Below the pieces are notes generated by a model. That model saw only the letters and a list, made by a program, of their open reading frames with translations, was not told where the DNA came from and searched no databases. From NCBI GenBank assembly GCA_973895155.1, contig OZ316891.1, positions 16,393,551 through 16,457,550 on the forward strand: a stretch of 64,000 bases of DNA, written 5' to 3'. The translations under genes and the position numbers were made by a program. The stretch is from Marsupella aquatica. Lineage: Eukaryota; Plantae; Marchantiophyta. Below, piece by piece: positions 1 to 11,963 of the stretch. Numbering within the stretch: the stretch's first letter is position 1; the number at the start of each line of letters is the position of its first letter.

Positions 1-2822
1 TCCTTACAACCTTAAAGTCGGTCCATCCAATCAGCTTCAGATTTTTGGAGAAGAGGCACGCCCATTCCGATCCAGGGCAGTCTAGTGCCCCAGTAAACCA
101 TTTAGCAAGTAGTGCATCCGAGTGGCTTCTGAACTCCTTTATGCCAAGTCCCCCCTCCCCCTTAAGGCAAGAGATGCGTGCCCAAGATACCAATGGTACT
201 CTTCGGCCCCCTTCACTGTTATAGCCCCACAAAAAATCTCTACATAATGTCGTCAATTTCTTAGCCAGTACGTTTGATGCCTTGAGAAACATTGAGTGAT
301 AGATTGGAATTGCCTGTAAGATGTGTCTTACCAGTAGTGTTCGGCCTGTGAATGTTAGTAGCTTGTTCGCCCAGGATGAGAGCCTTTGACCAATTTTGTC
401 CAAAACATAGTTGTGCAATTGTTCCATCTTTAGATCCATCCCCAGTGGTGCCCCTAGGTATTTTTGCAGCTCACCCCTACCACTAATTACACACCCAGTG
501 TCCCTGAGCCACTACAGCGTAATTGTCATTGCCAGTGGTATCACAGTAGATTTTCGTAAGTTGAGGCGAGCCCTAGATGCCAGCTCATAACATTTTATCA
601 CCTCAGTTACCTGTTGGAAACTGCTCTCCTTTGTAGGGATGAACAGTCCCATATCATCCATGAACAATCGGTAGCAAATAGTCAGTAGCTCCGATATCTG
701 TATTCCCTCAAGTCTGCCTGCAGCCAGCTCCGCATCCATGAAGTCCATTAGTGGTTGCGTTGAGATCACAAAGAGTAGAGGCGACAATGGACAACCCTGT
801 CGAACCCCCCGTTGGAGCCCAGTATCCGTTGACAGCATTCCATTTAGGTGGACCCTTGATGTAGCGTGTTGCATCAGTGCCTACACCAATTTGATGAAAT
901 TGCCACTAATACCAAGCAGGTGCATTGTTTCCCTATTTATATATCCCTGATCTACTCGATCAAATGCCTTCTCGAAGTCCAGCTTGAGAAAGAGTGCCTC
1001 ATAGTTCCTGTTTTTTGCCCAGACAAAAGTCAGCCACGCCAGTGAAATATTTCCCAATATATTCCGGCCAGGTATAAACCCCATCTGCTGCGGACTGATC
1101 AGCCGGGGTAGGATGCGGATCAGTCTAAGTGCCAAGATCTTGGCAATCAGCTTATATATTGTGTTCAACATAGTTAGTGGCCTCCAGTCCTTCAACATCC
1201 TCTTATCCGCCTTCTTAGGAATAAGTTTGATAATCCCTTCTTTTATCCCACTTGCCAGCTTCCCTGTCAACCAAAATTCCTGAATCATTGCCACCAAGTC
1301 TGTTTGCATGAACTCCCAACATGCCTGGTACACTTCCGCAGACAGCCCATCAGGTCCGGGGGCCTTGTCCTTTGGGAGCATCCATAGAACTTCTTTAATT
1401 TCAGAGTTAGTCGGCAGCTTCTCCAGCCTAGTGATTTCAGTTGCGGACAGGGCCGCCTGAGTGTATCCAAGCAGTTGACTTCGTTCATTTAAAGAGACCA
1501 TCCGCCCCTGATGAGAGGGATCCCTAGGGGCATACGACTCCCAACATGTGTTTTCTACTTCCCTCATGATCAATACTGGATCCGTGATCACCCTCCCGTC
1601 TTCCAGCAGCAGGCTCTTCATTGCTTCCCATTCTCTTTTTGCCTTCACAGTCTCAAAGTAAAAATGGGAGGGCTCATCACCCTCTCCCAACCATTTTATC
1701 CTTGCAAGTCGTCTTCCCCTATACGCCCCCTCTAGCTCTGCGGCATGTAGTAAATCTTCTGTATCAACATATTCCTTAAGTTCATTTTTGGAGTAATCTT
1801 CCATTATTGTCGTCTTCAGTACCCGAAGTTGATTCCTCAGCATCATCAATTCTTCCTCTCTTCTCTTAGGTGACCCTTGCTTTTCTATGTACATTTTACG
1901 CATGTTACAGCTCGCCTTATCAAATGCTAGTAGTGGTTTGACACATTCCCCTTTTCCTATAATCCATGCTGCCTGAAGTGCTTCCACTGTGCCTGCAATC
2001 TTTAGCAATGTCGGGTTTGCTTTAAAAAGTGTCATTCTCACCCGAGGTCTCTCCCCCCGCCCACTGTCTGCAAGTCGTAGACTTAGCACAACCGGATCAT
2101 GGTCTGAGAGGGCCGCGCGAGACCCCATCGTGCTCAAGTTTTACTATCTGGTTAATCCATTCCCCGTTAGTGCTACAATAGAATCGGTCCAATCGTGTTT
2201 GCACCAGTATTCCACTCCTACTCCAATGCCAAGTGTATCTGGCCCCCCTGTCAATTCCTTGAAACAGTATAGCATCCACCAGATTGAATCGTACCTTGAG
2301 GAATCTCCAAAATTCAGCCTCTCGTCCTCTGATCAAGGACAAGTCCCCCATAGAGTCCTCTCTTATTTCCGTCATATTGAAGTCCCCACATACTATCCAG
2401 TTGGCTGGGGGCAGTTGCAATTTGAGTTCATTCCATAAGATTGCTCGTCTCCTGGGAGAGTTAGGAGCATATACACTTGCAATTCCAAAATTACATTCCT
2501 CATACACTACCAGTGCCCATGCAGCTCTACCGAGATCCATCACTCCCGAACCCACAATTTTAATCGCAGGATGCAACAATAGTGATGTACCCCCCCGGCC
2601 CTCATCAGGGGCAGATGTTATAATCTGATATGATGGCAGTATCATCCGCATTGCCAGGTCTAGCCTGAACTGGTCCGCCTTGATTTCCTGCAAAGCCAAA
2701 ATATCTATCCGTTCCTTTTTGGATTCAATCCAGTTCTTCGCCGTATTTTTTCTGTTGGGCTCACATAGCCCACACACATTCCAGGAGGCCACCCTTAGCG
2801 CGCACCTCCCCCATAGTGTCAC
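1..2822 (-). pseudogene. LINE ORF2 (APE endonuclease + reverse transcriptase), frameshifted/stopped
   Basis: SWNVCGL, ALQEIK, VYAPN, GDFN, RLDRFY, SDHDPV (endonuclease); KAPGPDG, WRPLTMLN, KLDFEKAFDRV, GVRQGCPLSP, LFMDD (RT). Split over ORFs 2097-2822, 881-2137, 512-874 and continuing to base 1. Confidence 0.92.
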
Positions 2823-2829
2823 CTGGTCT

Positions 2830-4867
2830 CCCCCTTTTGTCAGTCTCAGATCTTAGATACGCACGCGCCCACCAGAAGGCGTACCCAAACCAGCACTCAC
2901 ACTCCTCCGGCAAGCCAGTGTTACTAATCCAATTTCATTTGTCTCCTCCATTTGGTGGTCCACATTTAACTCTGCAGGAGGCTCAGTTCTTCCCCAATCC
3001 TCAGCCCCAGGAGTGTTTGCAATATAACAGTCAATCCCTCTCTCACGTCCGCCGATATAGGCCTGCTCTCTACACCTGCATAGGGACAGACGAGTGTGAG
3101 TGTGAGAATTTTAGTGATCTTTGTTTTTTGGGCTCCTGTAAAACTCTGTCCTTCTTAGCCGCCGGTGGGGTCCTCCTATCAAGCTTCCTGGCTCTTTCCT
3201 TCCCTTTGCTTGAGACATATGATTCATATTCAGACACCTCCACGTCCGTGTCCCCCAGGTATGAAGAGCCATTCCTCTCAGCACTTTCACTAAGTGAATC
3301 CACCAAAGCTATAGTCTCTTTCGTGGCCACTACCACCTCAATAGGTGTAAAACTCTCCTCCCTGGCTAGCATCCAGTGGAGAAGGTGGCAATGCCTCCAT
3401 GGTAGATATCTCAGTGGTCTCCTTCCTCAGTGAAGGCTGCGTCTCCTTATTTGCTACGTTTACTAACACCTCCTGTCTAGAATTTATCAGCCCCGCCTGT
3501 TCAGGTTCAATCCGGGTGGATTCAGCTTCTGCCCTCATCAAGGATTCCACAACAAATAGATCTGCTGTCACCGTATCATCCTCCCTAGGGGCAGTTAGAC
3601 CCACGCCTATTCTAACCCGCAGGTTCATAGCAAGTTGTGTTCTGAGTACCTCCTCTGGGTCCCCTTCAACTACCGCATCTAATTCTTCCGGAGGATCCTC
3701 TATGTCTTCCCCTTGTTTTCCTGGTTTGCTTCCGCCACTACATCTCTTCCTTCCCTACACTCCCGAGCCAAGTGGCCCTTCCTATTGCACTTAAAACAGT
3801 GATATGGTATATTCTTAAATAGTATTGGCTGCCAGATAATAATATCATCTCTATCCTTACCCGAGCACTCTTAGGCACCTTCCGCTTCGTGTCCCAAAGA
3901 ATACAAGCACGGTCATGTGGGTAAGAGCTGTACTCGTCCCCCTGAATGTAGTGCAACAATTTACCCAAGGATTCAACAATCTTAATTCTGCATCCCTCCA
4001 GCACCAGGGCTCGAAAGGGAAGCTCAATCCATACAGGAAGCTTAGTGAACTTTTCAGGCCAAATATCAAATGAAGGATCCCAAGGAAATGTGTACACCAG
4101 CTTACGCTCTAGGAACCATGGGGCAGATGATAGAGCAAGGTCCCGGTGCTCCGCCTTTTCAAACACCACCAAGTAGAAGCTTTTCCCGATAAATTTTATC
4201 TGCAGCACTGGCCAACTCCTGTCTTCAATCATCCATTCTTCAATCCAAGCACGGAAGACAGGTAGCATGGGAGTCCAATCCGTAAAGTAGCATAACAATC
4301 CGCAATTGTAAAGTTGCCTAACATTGGACGCTGCTTCCTCAATGTTCCATTCTACTGGTGTGAAGAGCTTAGTATTCCAATCTCCTTTGAGTTTTTTGCA
4401 ATTTATTTTAAGATGTTGATACATTCCACAGATACGGCTTCCCTTTCCACTTCCTCCGGGCGTTCTCCCAAATCCACCACCATAGTTCTTGGCTCCACAC
4501 TTTCCCTTGGTTGAGCATTCACTCCAGCTCCAGCCAAACCGTGATCCATTGTTGGGGGTGAGTGTATCCCCAAGGAGTTACCCCCCAATCGATGTGACGA
4601 TGCAATATCGTGTCTTGTGCGTCCACTCTCCGTATTTGCAAACAAGTCGAAGGGTGCATGTGCCACCAATTGGGGATGTTTGAATGGGGGGCCGCGACCA
4701 CTGGGGTGAACTGTGCTCCGATGGTCTTGTCTGCTAAATCTCTCATTTGCCTCAATAGCATGAGTACTCAGACCTCCCGTGTTCCCCAAGGGAGGCAATC
4801 CCATTTGGGTGCGTTGTTGATCCCCTTGTTGCTTTTCCATCTCAACCCTACTTCCATTGATTGACAT
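2830..4867 (-). pseudogene. LINE ORF1 (plant LINE gag-like, DUF4283-type region + CCHC knuckle), frameshifted
   Basis: ORF 3738-4424 has APWFLERK..FPWDP..LPVWIELP..IVESLG, typical of plant LINE ORF1. A frameshifted CFKC..GH..EC knuckle lies near 3755-3800, followed by a low-complexity tail. Confidence 0.75.
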
Positions 4868-5763
4868 AGCTTGACTAGTGATTTAGCTCAACAGTATATC
4901 AGAGGAAGAAACACTTCCTTACCTCGCACCCTTGAAGAATTGCTCAATTTGGTGTCTCCCTCTCCGCCGAATCGATATGGCTCTTTGTCTAATTGCTCCT
5001 CTAAGTTTTGCTTGGACACTAGTTTATCCGCGTCTCTACTTCAACCAATTAGATTCAGGTCACGGCTATTCAAGCCCAAAACCCTTCCTTGGTCGAGGCC
5101 AGCACTTCCGAGGTCAAAGCTCCTCAGCCCTAATCCCGCTCCTTTAATCTCTTAAGATCTTGCTATTCTGCTCTTCTCCTCTGTCTTCCTGTTCACCATT
5201 CGCTTCCAGCAGACCAAGAGCACTCCCTCACCGCTGGTCTCTGGCCTTGTTTAGCATGTTGTCTCTCCTAAGATACTTTGTTGTCTCCAATTTGGCCGAT
5301 TCTTCACTCCCTTTGCTTCAGACCGCGTTCCCGCTTACTCCATACACTTGTTCTGTCTATCCCTTCCTTCCTACCTGCCATTCTTGCCTCCCCTACCCTA
5401 TTCTAGCAAAAGTTCTTCTCTTCTTGCCTTCCACTCTCTTTGGTCTTTTTCCTGTTCACCTATTAAGAAGACAACGGTTTTGCCGTCTAACCCTTTACGC
5501 ACCAAAAGCCCTAAACACCCTTCTTCTTGCGCTGAATGCTTCCCTCAACCAAATCCGTTAATGTTAATCACGTAAAGTAAGGAATCACAACCCTCATCCC
5601 TCGCCAGATTCCCCAACTCGCACCTGAATCCCAATCCCAAGAGATGACCCAGCAAAGTACATCCATAGTCTCAAGTCCGTTGTCAAAGTCATCCCCTCCC
5701 TCATTCAGTTCTGGTCTTCGCGTCCGATGTATGTTGTTGAATTCTTTGCTTTGTGGAGTGCAG

Positions 5764-7800
5764 GAATTCGAGCCCAGCAAACACAATATGGACGTCATGC
5801 ACATTGAGAAAAATATTTGCGAGAGCTTGCTGAAGTTCTTGTCGGGTGAGAAAGATACAGGAGCAGTTTGAGTTGATATGCAATAGAAGGGGATTCGCCC
5901 TCACCTTTGGTTGAAGCCCCATGCAAGCATGCAAAATCCCAATGTACTTCTCAAGTTCCAAGCTCCCTATGTGTGCACAAAGGAAGAATGGAAGACATTC
6001 TTGTATAGATTGAGCTATCTGAAAGTGCCCTCTGGCTATGCTGGTGCCTTCAAGAAGCATATTACAAAGAATAAACTTGGCAGTATGAAAACACATGACT
6101 ACCATGTGTTGATGCAGAACATTTTGCCCCTATGCCTCAGAGGTCTCATGCAAAAACCAGTCCGTAATGTCATTCTTTGACTGTGCAATGTATTGTTCCG
6201 TATATGTGTGAAAGTGTGGGATCCCCAAGGATTGGAGCAGTTGAAGCAGGATGCTGCTTATGTCCTCTGTGACTTGGAGATATACTTCCCCCCTGCTTTC
6301 TTTGATATTATGACTCATCTCCTAATCCATGTGGTAGAAGAGCTAGGGCAATATGGGCCAGTCAGTACCAGATGGATGTACCCTATGGAGAAATACATGA
6401 AGTTGTTGAAAGGTCATGTCAGAACATACTATAGGCCAGAGGCTTCCATGGCATTGGGGTACATTAAGGAGGGGGTATTTACAAACGACAGCAAACAGCA
6501 AACAGTAACAGAAAACAGAAACTGGTAACAAGAAAATGAGTGATAATTTTTTTTGAATTTTTTTTGAATTTTTGTTTTGAATTTTTGTTTTGGGAAAAAA
6601 AAAGTTTTTTTTTTCAAAATTTTATTTTATTTGCTAGCGCCCGGCGCTGGTAATGCTAGCGCCCAAAGCTAGCCAAAAAATGTTGTAACTTAGATTTTTT
6701 TTGGAAAATGAGACTTTTTAGAAAATATTTTGACATGGTTATTTTTCCTGGTAACAGTAACTTTTTGCTGGTAACAGGAAAAAATTTCCTGGTACCAGTA
6801 AACCTGTTTCCTGTTTATTGTCACGCGTGCCATACCCAGGAGGATGAGATGTTGGGGTTCCTAACAGAGTACATGGCTGGGTCTGGTGAAGCTATGACAA
6901 GAGTTTGGAAATCTGGTGAAGATGATGGAGTGAGTGGCGAGGTTGTTGAAGGTGTGGGATGTGTTGTGCAGCTGTCTGTTGTAATTTGAGACAAGGCTCA
7001 TTCATATGTGCTGGCGAACACAGAGCCTATGCAACCATGGTGGAGGTGAGTGATTGAATTGACTTGCCTTTGTTGTGATGCTTCTTGTCTATTCCAAGGG
7101 TGATCTTAGGTTGTCATGTGTTGTGACCTAACTATGCCTGTACCTCATATTGCAGGGAATATGATATGCAAAAAGCTGCACACTCTGGGTAGCAGGATCC
7201 CTTCCCACAGTTTGAGCAGTGGATTCAGGTGGCAATTCGAGAGCATAGTAGACATCGTGAACCCAAATATGGAGAAGGATTTGTATCATCTATCTGTGCC
7301 ACCACGATTGTCTATTCTGACCTACAAACGGATGAGAGCTTATGGAAATCATTATCGAGTGAGGGATGAGCAGGGTGACCATTGTGTATCATATGATTGT
7401 GGTTTGATATCTGTGTTTGAGTAGGAAACCTCTGAAGAACATAGGGGTGGATGAAGATGGGTTACGTGGGGGAGTTGACAGACATTTGGGTCTTGAATTA
7501 TGGTAACACAAGTGTCCCTGTAATATTCATGAAGGGAGCATGGGTGAAATCAGAATGGCAGAGGCCAAGGGCCACCATGAAGCGTGATCTTGATGGGTTC
7601 TTGTTGGCCAATTTTAGGTCCAGAGTACCAGAATGGTCTGAGCCTTTTGTTTTCCCTAGCCAAGTTGAACAGGCTTTCTTTCTAGATGTGGAGGGGTCAC
7701 ATGATTGGAGGGTGGTATGCCATAGCTAAGCACGGAGCAGGCGGATGGATGGAAGTAAAGTAGAGTTCAGTTTGGACGACCATACTACATTCGAGCATCC
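5764..7800 (+). pseudogene. CACTA (En/Spm) TnpD-like transposase, C-terminal half, interrupted by a MITE
   Basis: HNMDVMHIEKNICESLL, LGSMKTHDYHVLMQ, YFPPAFFDIMTHLLIH, GPVSTRWMYPMEKYM, RPEASMALGY, EPFVFPSQVEQAFF. Several stop codons; probable intron ~7046-7156. Confidence 0.9.
6472..6837 (-). mobile_element. 366-bp non-autonomous (MITE-like) member of the ParB-MTase Mutator-like family
   Basis: Starts GGGGTATTTACAAACGACAG, the exact reverse complement of the right end of the element at 38107, and ends GTGCCATACCC. Contains CTGGTAACA subterminal repeats and family palindromes. Interrupts the CACTA frame GYIK/DEMLGF; flanked by AGGAG. Confidence 0.88.
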
Positions 7801-8092
7801 TAGTTAGGAAATTGTACTTCCAACTCGGGCAGGGACCGACTACATCCCGTTAACATTGAGAGAGACATATGAACTTGGGGAGATGGAATATGATGAGGTT
7901 GATGATGTGCAATAGGCAACAGCTGGCGATTGACAAGTATGAGGTTGAGGATGACTACTTGCACAGAGTCACAGAACGGGAATTGTTGCCTGGAATGATG
8001 TTTAGGATAGTTGGATATGCATGAAATTGATTGATACTTTGAATTTAGTGTGCTCATTCTCCCTGTTTGGGTGTGGATGCTATGCAGAAGCT

Positions 8093-8940
8093 ATGGGGGA
8101 AGAGGGTGATGACATGGAGATAGACATGGGGCTTGGAGAGTGGGGTGAAGAGGAAAGATTGGATATGGATGGAGACTCAGATGCAGGGGGCTCACAGAAA
8201 AATGCACCTGTGCAAGATGCACAGGGCCCTCATCAAGTGCCTATGCCAGGTAGGTGGGAAGCTAGAGATAAATCACATAATCCATACCCTAGAAGGAGCC
8301 AGAGTTATTGGCAAGGGACGCCTGATGATTAAATATGATGATGACTATGATGGAGCAGAAGATGGATGGGATGAATATGAACACCCAAAGCGTGGTAGAG
8401 ACGGGTACAGAGGGCAATGGAAAGGCGAGGAGGATGATTGGACAAGTAAGTGCCTTGTGCTAGTGATTTTGTGATGGTAGTAGAGATTGTAGCTCAATAT
8501 GGACTTATCTGATGTCTAGCTAGTGCAAAGAGTTTATCTTACAGGTCCATGAGTGTGGCATGTACCTGTTGGTATGCAGACTCTGATTGGGACAATCACA
8601 AAAACAACAAAGGCCATCCATGTTCAGATAGGAGGCAATCATTCACAAGCGGGAGAAACGGCGCTAATTCATCAAGACAAAGCAATTGGACAGGTGGTCC
8701 AGAACCATCTATGGGCCAAGGGAGAGGTAACTTGGTCATTGCAAAATTCCTCTAAAGTCCAGTGTATATTTGGCAGCAAAATTCATGCTTCATACTTACC
8801 TAATGATCCCGTAAATGTGCAGGGACTCCAGGGAGGTTTAAACAATGCAATCCAGGCCGTGGGGGGAGAGTAGGCCGTGGAGGGACCCCAGACCGTGGGG
8901 GGACACCAGGCCGTGGAGGGACACCAGGCCATGAAGGGAC
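8093..8940 (+). pseudogene. Probable 5' exons of the CACTA second (TnpA-like) gene, decayed
   Basis: Acidic/Gly-rich short frames separated by GT-AG-like introns downstream of TnpD; sequence resumes after the CCTAG TSD at 23776. Confidence 0.4.
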
Positions 8941-8943
8941 ACC
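8854..8943 (+). repeat. 18-bp tandem repeat, 5 copies (AGGCCGTGGRGGGACACC)
   Basis: Directly visible; ends at the insertion site of Gypsy A. Confidence 0.85.
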
Positions 8944-9452
8944 TAGTGTGACGGGTACCCCGTCACGGGAAGTCACACATAACTGGTTGCAAAGGCCGAT
9001 ACCTTGTTAATAGTCAATGTAAATAAGCCATTTTTTAATTTTTAGTTAATTCCGTCATTATAGGTTGATGATGCCCCAGGTGACTTTATATTCTTTCTCT
9101 CATAATAGTTCTAAGATTTGCGGCGACCTAAGTGGGCAAATATTTTGGGACCTTGAAACTAGCCAGGACCAGCCCCATAGGACTTACCGTTTTGCTTCAA
9201 GAGCTATTGTTGAGACCCCCATTGCAAAGTCAGGAGAGGGGGGGGTTTTTTTTAAAATAAATCCCTCCTCAGGAGGGCGAGTCCCATTAGTGGCCGTCCG
9301 AGAGAAAGAGGGGCTGCCTCGCGAGCCCATAGGGCTGCGTGCCCGGGCGATTAATGGGGCTCCGCGAGCTGAAGGGGCTGCCTCGCGAGCCCATAGGGCT
9401 GCGTGCCCGGGCAATTAATGAGGCTCCGCGAGCTGAAGGAGCGCAAGCGAGC

Positions 9453-9676
9453 GGGGGGGGGGGGGAGTTAAAGGGCCTCCCGCGAGCTGGGAGGATCACG
9501 CGAGCGGGGGGGAGTTAAAGGGCCTCCCGCGAGCTGGGAGGATCACGCGAGCGGGGGGGAGTTAAAGGGCCTCCCGCGAGCTGGGAGGATCACGCGAGCG
9601 GGGGGGAGTTAAAGGGCCTCCCGCGAGCTGGGAGGATCACGCGAGCGGGGGGGAGTTGAAGGGCCTCCCGCGAGCC
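9453..9676 (+). repeat. GC-rich 47-bp tandem array in LTR A, preceded by a ~55-bp duplication
   Basis: Unit GGGGGGGAGTTAAAGGGCCTCCCGCGAGCTGGGAGGATCACGCGAGC; one unit fewer in the 3' LTR. Confidence 0.9.
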
Positions 9677-10106
9677 GGGAGGAATGGCCGCGCGCCCTGC
9701 ATAGGGCCGCGCGCAGGAGGACGCAAGGGTAAGGCCCGAGAAATGGGCCGGGGCGCATGGCGAAGGCGCCAGGAGTTTTTTCGGTTCTATTTTTTTTTCC
9801 TTCCTTTTTCTTTCCCTCTTCCTTTTGCACGACCCTCTCATTGCCGAAAGCAAAAACGGGGTTCTTCTCTCTCTTGCCGGAAGCTCTCTCCAGATTCTAA
9901 TTATTTTTGAAGCTCTCTCTTTCATGGTGGATTAGTGGGGCTTGCTGGCGTCATTCTTCCAGGCATTAGTGGCGGCCGCACGGAGTAGTGACGGGAAATT
10001 GAGAGAATTTAAGTGATCGGGCTACGGGGGCTGTTTCGGGCCAGGGAATTGACATTGCCACGGGTGACGGGATTGGTGATTGAGAAATTGATTTCGGGAT
10101 GCATGG

Positions 10107-11963
10107 ATGCTAGATCAACCAGAGTTTAGTGCGTCACGCATTCGGAGATACAAGGCTGCTTACCGTGACTACGTGGAGACTCGGATTACACGGGAAAGGG
10201 AAGAGAGAGAAGTTATGATGAGCACGGGATTGGCAGCGGGTTCCTCACCGGTGGGTAGGAAGATTTTTCGTCGAATTTATCCCAAGACCTCCACCAAGGT
10301 GATGGAGGATTGTCGGAACATTTTCCAAGCCACCGGGCTTACAGAATTCATGAAGGTGGAGATTACCATCCCTTCAGGGAAGAGCTGGGACATTGAGGCC
10401 GGGATGGAGTTCCGAACGGAGGGAATCTACTTTGAATGTCTCAAACGTGTAGTGCCCCATGTGGAGTTGGCTAAGCTATTGTTTCTTGAGAATCAGAAAT
10501 TCTCATTCACACCTCGGAATATCAGGGGAGAACTCACGTTGAAAATGGTGGCCACTTGGGTGACCAATCCTACCTCCACCACCGCCATCCCTCTTTCTGC
10601 TGTCAAGGATGTTGAGTATAAGGGCTTCCTGGCCAAGGTGCATCAACGGGTTCTTGGCAACGTGCAATCCGGAGTGCTGAATGAGGAGCATTTCGTGGTA
10701 GCTATGGACATCAAGAACTACCCAGCCCATGTGTACGGATGGTGGTGCTACGGATTGAAGAAGCTATTGGCCGCTGAGCCCGGGAGTGTGAAACCAGGTG
10801 GGGCTGTACATTTGATGGGGTCATTTGTATTGGCCAGGGCAGAAGGGTTGATTGGTTCTCCGGGGCATGAAGACACGGGATCATCTCTCACCACGGAGAT
10901 CCGGAGTATTGCCACTACCGTTTTAGGGAAGCTCACGGAGGAATCATTGTCTGCTGGTGGGGAGGATAATAGAGAAGAAGAGAACCAGGAGGATGATTGC
11001 ACATTGGAGTGGCTTGAATCACTCGTGGGAGATCCGAAACAGCCTCTGGAATACAACATTCCGGATGTTTACTTGGCAGAGCTACGGGATTTCAGAGAGG
11101 GAGTCCACGAGGGACTCAAGCTAGTCCACGCATTGAGGGAGTCTCTCAAGCACGCCACAGTCAAAGTAGAGACGTTAGAGCAGAGCATCCTGTCACTGAA
11201 GGAGGTGATCAAGACCAAGGAGCAGACCATTCATGAGAAGGTCAGGCACATCAATGCAGCTCACGTAGAGATCACCAACTTGAAGGGAGCTTTGTCCACC
11301 AAGGCCAAGGAAGCAGAAGAAGTAGGAGCGTTGAGGCAAGCATTGGCCAAAGAGAAGCAAAATTCTGGAGAAGTGATGGAGTGGAGGAACCAGGTGGGAG
11401 CACTACGGAGTCAGGTGGCAGCCTTTGAGACACGAGCGAAGAGAAGTGAGGCCCTGAGTCTAGGGAAACGGAAGAGTCCCGGCACACCTGGCTCCACACT
11501 TTCCCCGGATGTGATCTCCCAAGCTATCGAGATGGTGGTGAAGGAGGTTAGTGGGAAGTATGGACCCTTGTTGGATGGAGCCAAGAAGAGTCAGGAGAAG
11601 AGTAAGAGCTTGGAGAAGAAGCTCCGGGAGGTACGGAAATCGTTACGGGAGGCTCAGGTCAGTACGGGGATGCCACCCAGGTCTGTCACCCCCGGGACTC
11701 CCATGGCCACGGGGCAAGTTCTACCGTTGGAGTTGCGGTCCGGAGAAGAGGCTACCCTCTGGAAGGACACAATTGGTGAGGGGTACATCAAGGCGTGGCA
11801 GGCCTTGGCTGCTTTGAGGAAGCGCGGGAGCAGCAGCACTAAGAGTACTCCGTCGAAGAAGAAGAAAAGTACGGTGGCACTCACTCCCGTGAGTGATGAG
11901 GAGGAGGACCACTCACGGGGCACAAGTCCGGGCACCGAGAGCGAAGAAGAAGAGGAGGATTAG
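10107..11963 (+). CDS. LTR-encoded accessory protein, 618 aa (possible plant-mobile-domain-like N-terminus, coiled coil, basic/acidic tail)
   Basis: Long open frame wholly inside the LTR; heptad-rich central region; KKKK putative NLS; intact in both LTRs. Confidence 0.8.
   Translation: MLDQPEFSASRIRRYKAAYRDYVETRITREREEREVMMSTGLAAGSSPVGRKIFRRIYPKTSTKVMEDCRNIFQATGLTEFMKVEITIPSGKSWDIEAGMEFRTEGIYFECLKRVVPHVELAKLLFLENQKFSFTPRNIRGELTLKMVATWVTNPTSTTAIPLSAVKDVEYKGFLAKVHQRVLGNVQSGVLNEEHFVVAMDIKNYPAHVYGWWCYGLKKLLAAEPGSVKPGGAVHLMGSFVLARAEGLIGSPGHEDTGSSLTTEIRSIATTVLGKLTEESLSAGGEDNREEENQEDDCTLEWLESLVGDPKQPLEYNIPDVYLAELRDFREGVHEGLKLVHALRESLKHATVKVETLEQSILSLKEVIKTKEQTIHEKVRHINAAHVEITNLKGALSTKAKEAEEVGALRQALAKEKQNSGEVMEWRNQVGALRSQVAAFETRAKRSEALSLGKRKSPGTPGSTLSPDVISQAIEMVVKEVSGKYGPLLDGAKKSQEKSKSLEKKLREVRKSLREAQVSTGMPPRSVTPGTPMATGQVLPLELRSGEEATLWKDTIGEGYIKAWQALAALRKRGSSSTKSTPSKKKKSTVALTPVSDEEEDHSRGTSPGTESEEEEED

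Larger units (their letters stand above)
1..5700 (-). mobile_element. LINE (L1/Tx1-like non-LTR retrotransposon), decayed; 3' end runs off the window, 5' boundary approximate
   Basis: ORF1-like then APE endonuclease then RT on the minus strand. A purine-rich (minus strand) putative 5' UTR at ~4870-5700 abuts CACTA sequence. Confidence 0.9.

Noticed and set aside
9065-9925. Short ORFs in LTR A (9065-9418, 9590-9925 etc.)
   Set aside because: They derive from GC-rich tandem repeats and show no protein-like features.
10107-11963. env-like gene
   Set aside because: No convincing signal peptide or transmembrane segment; charged coiled-coil protein located in the LTR.
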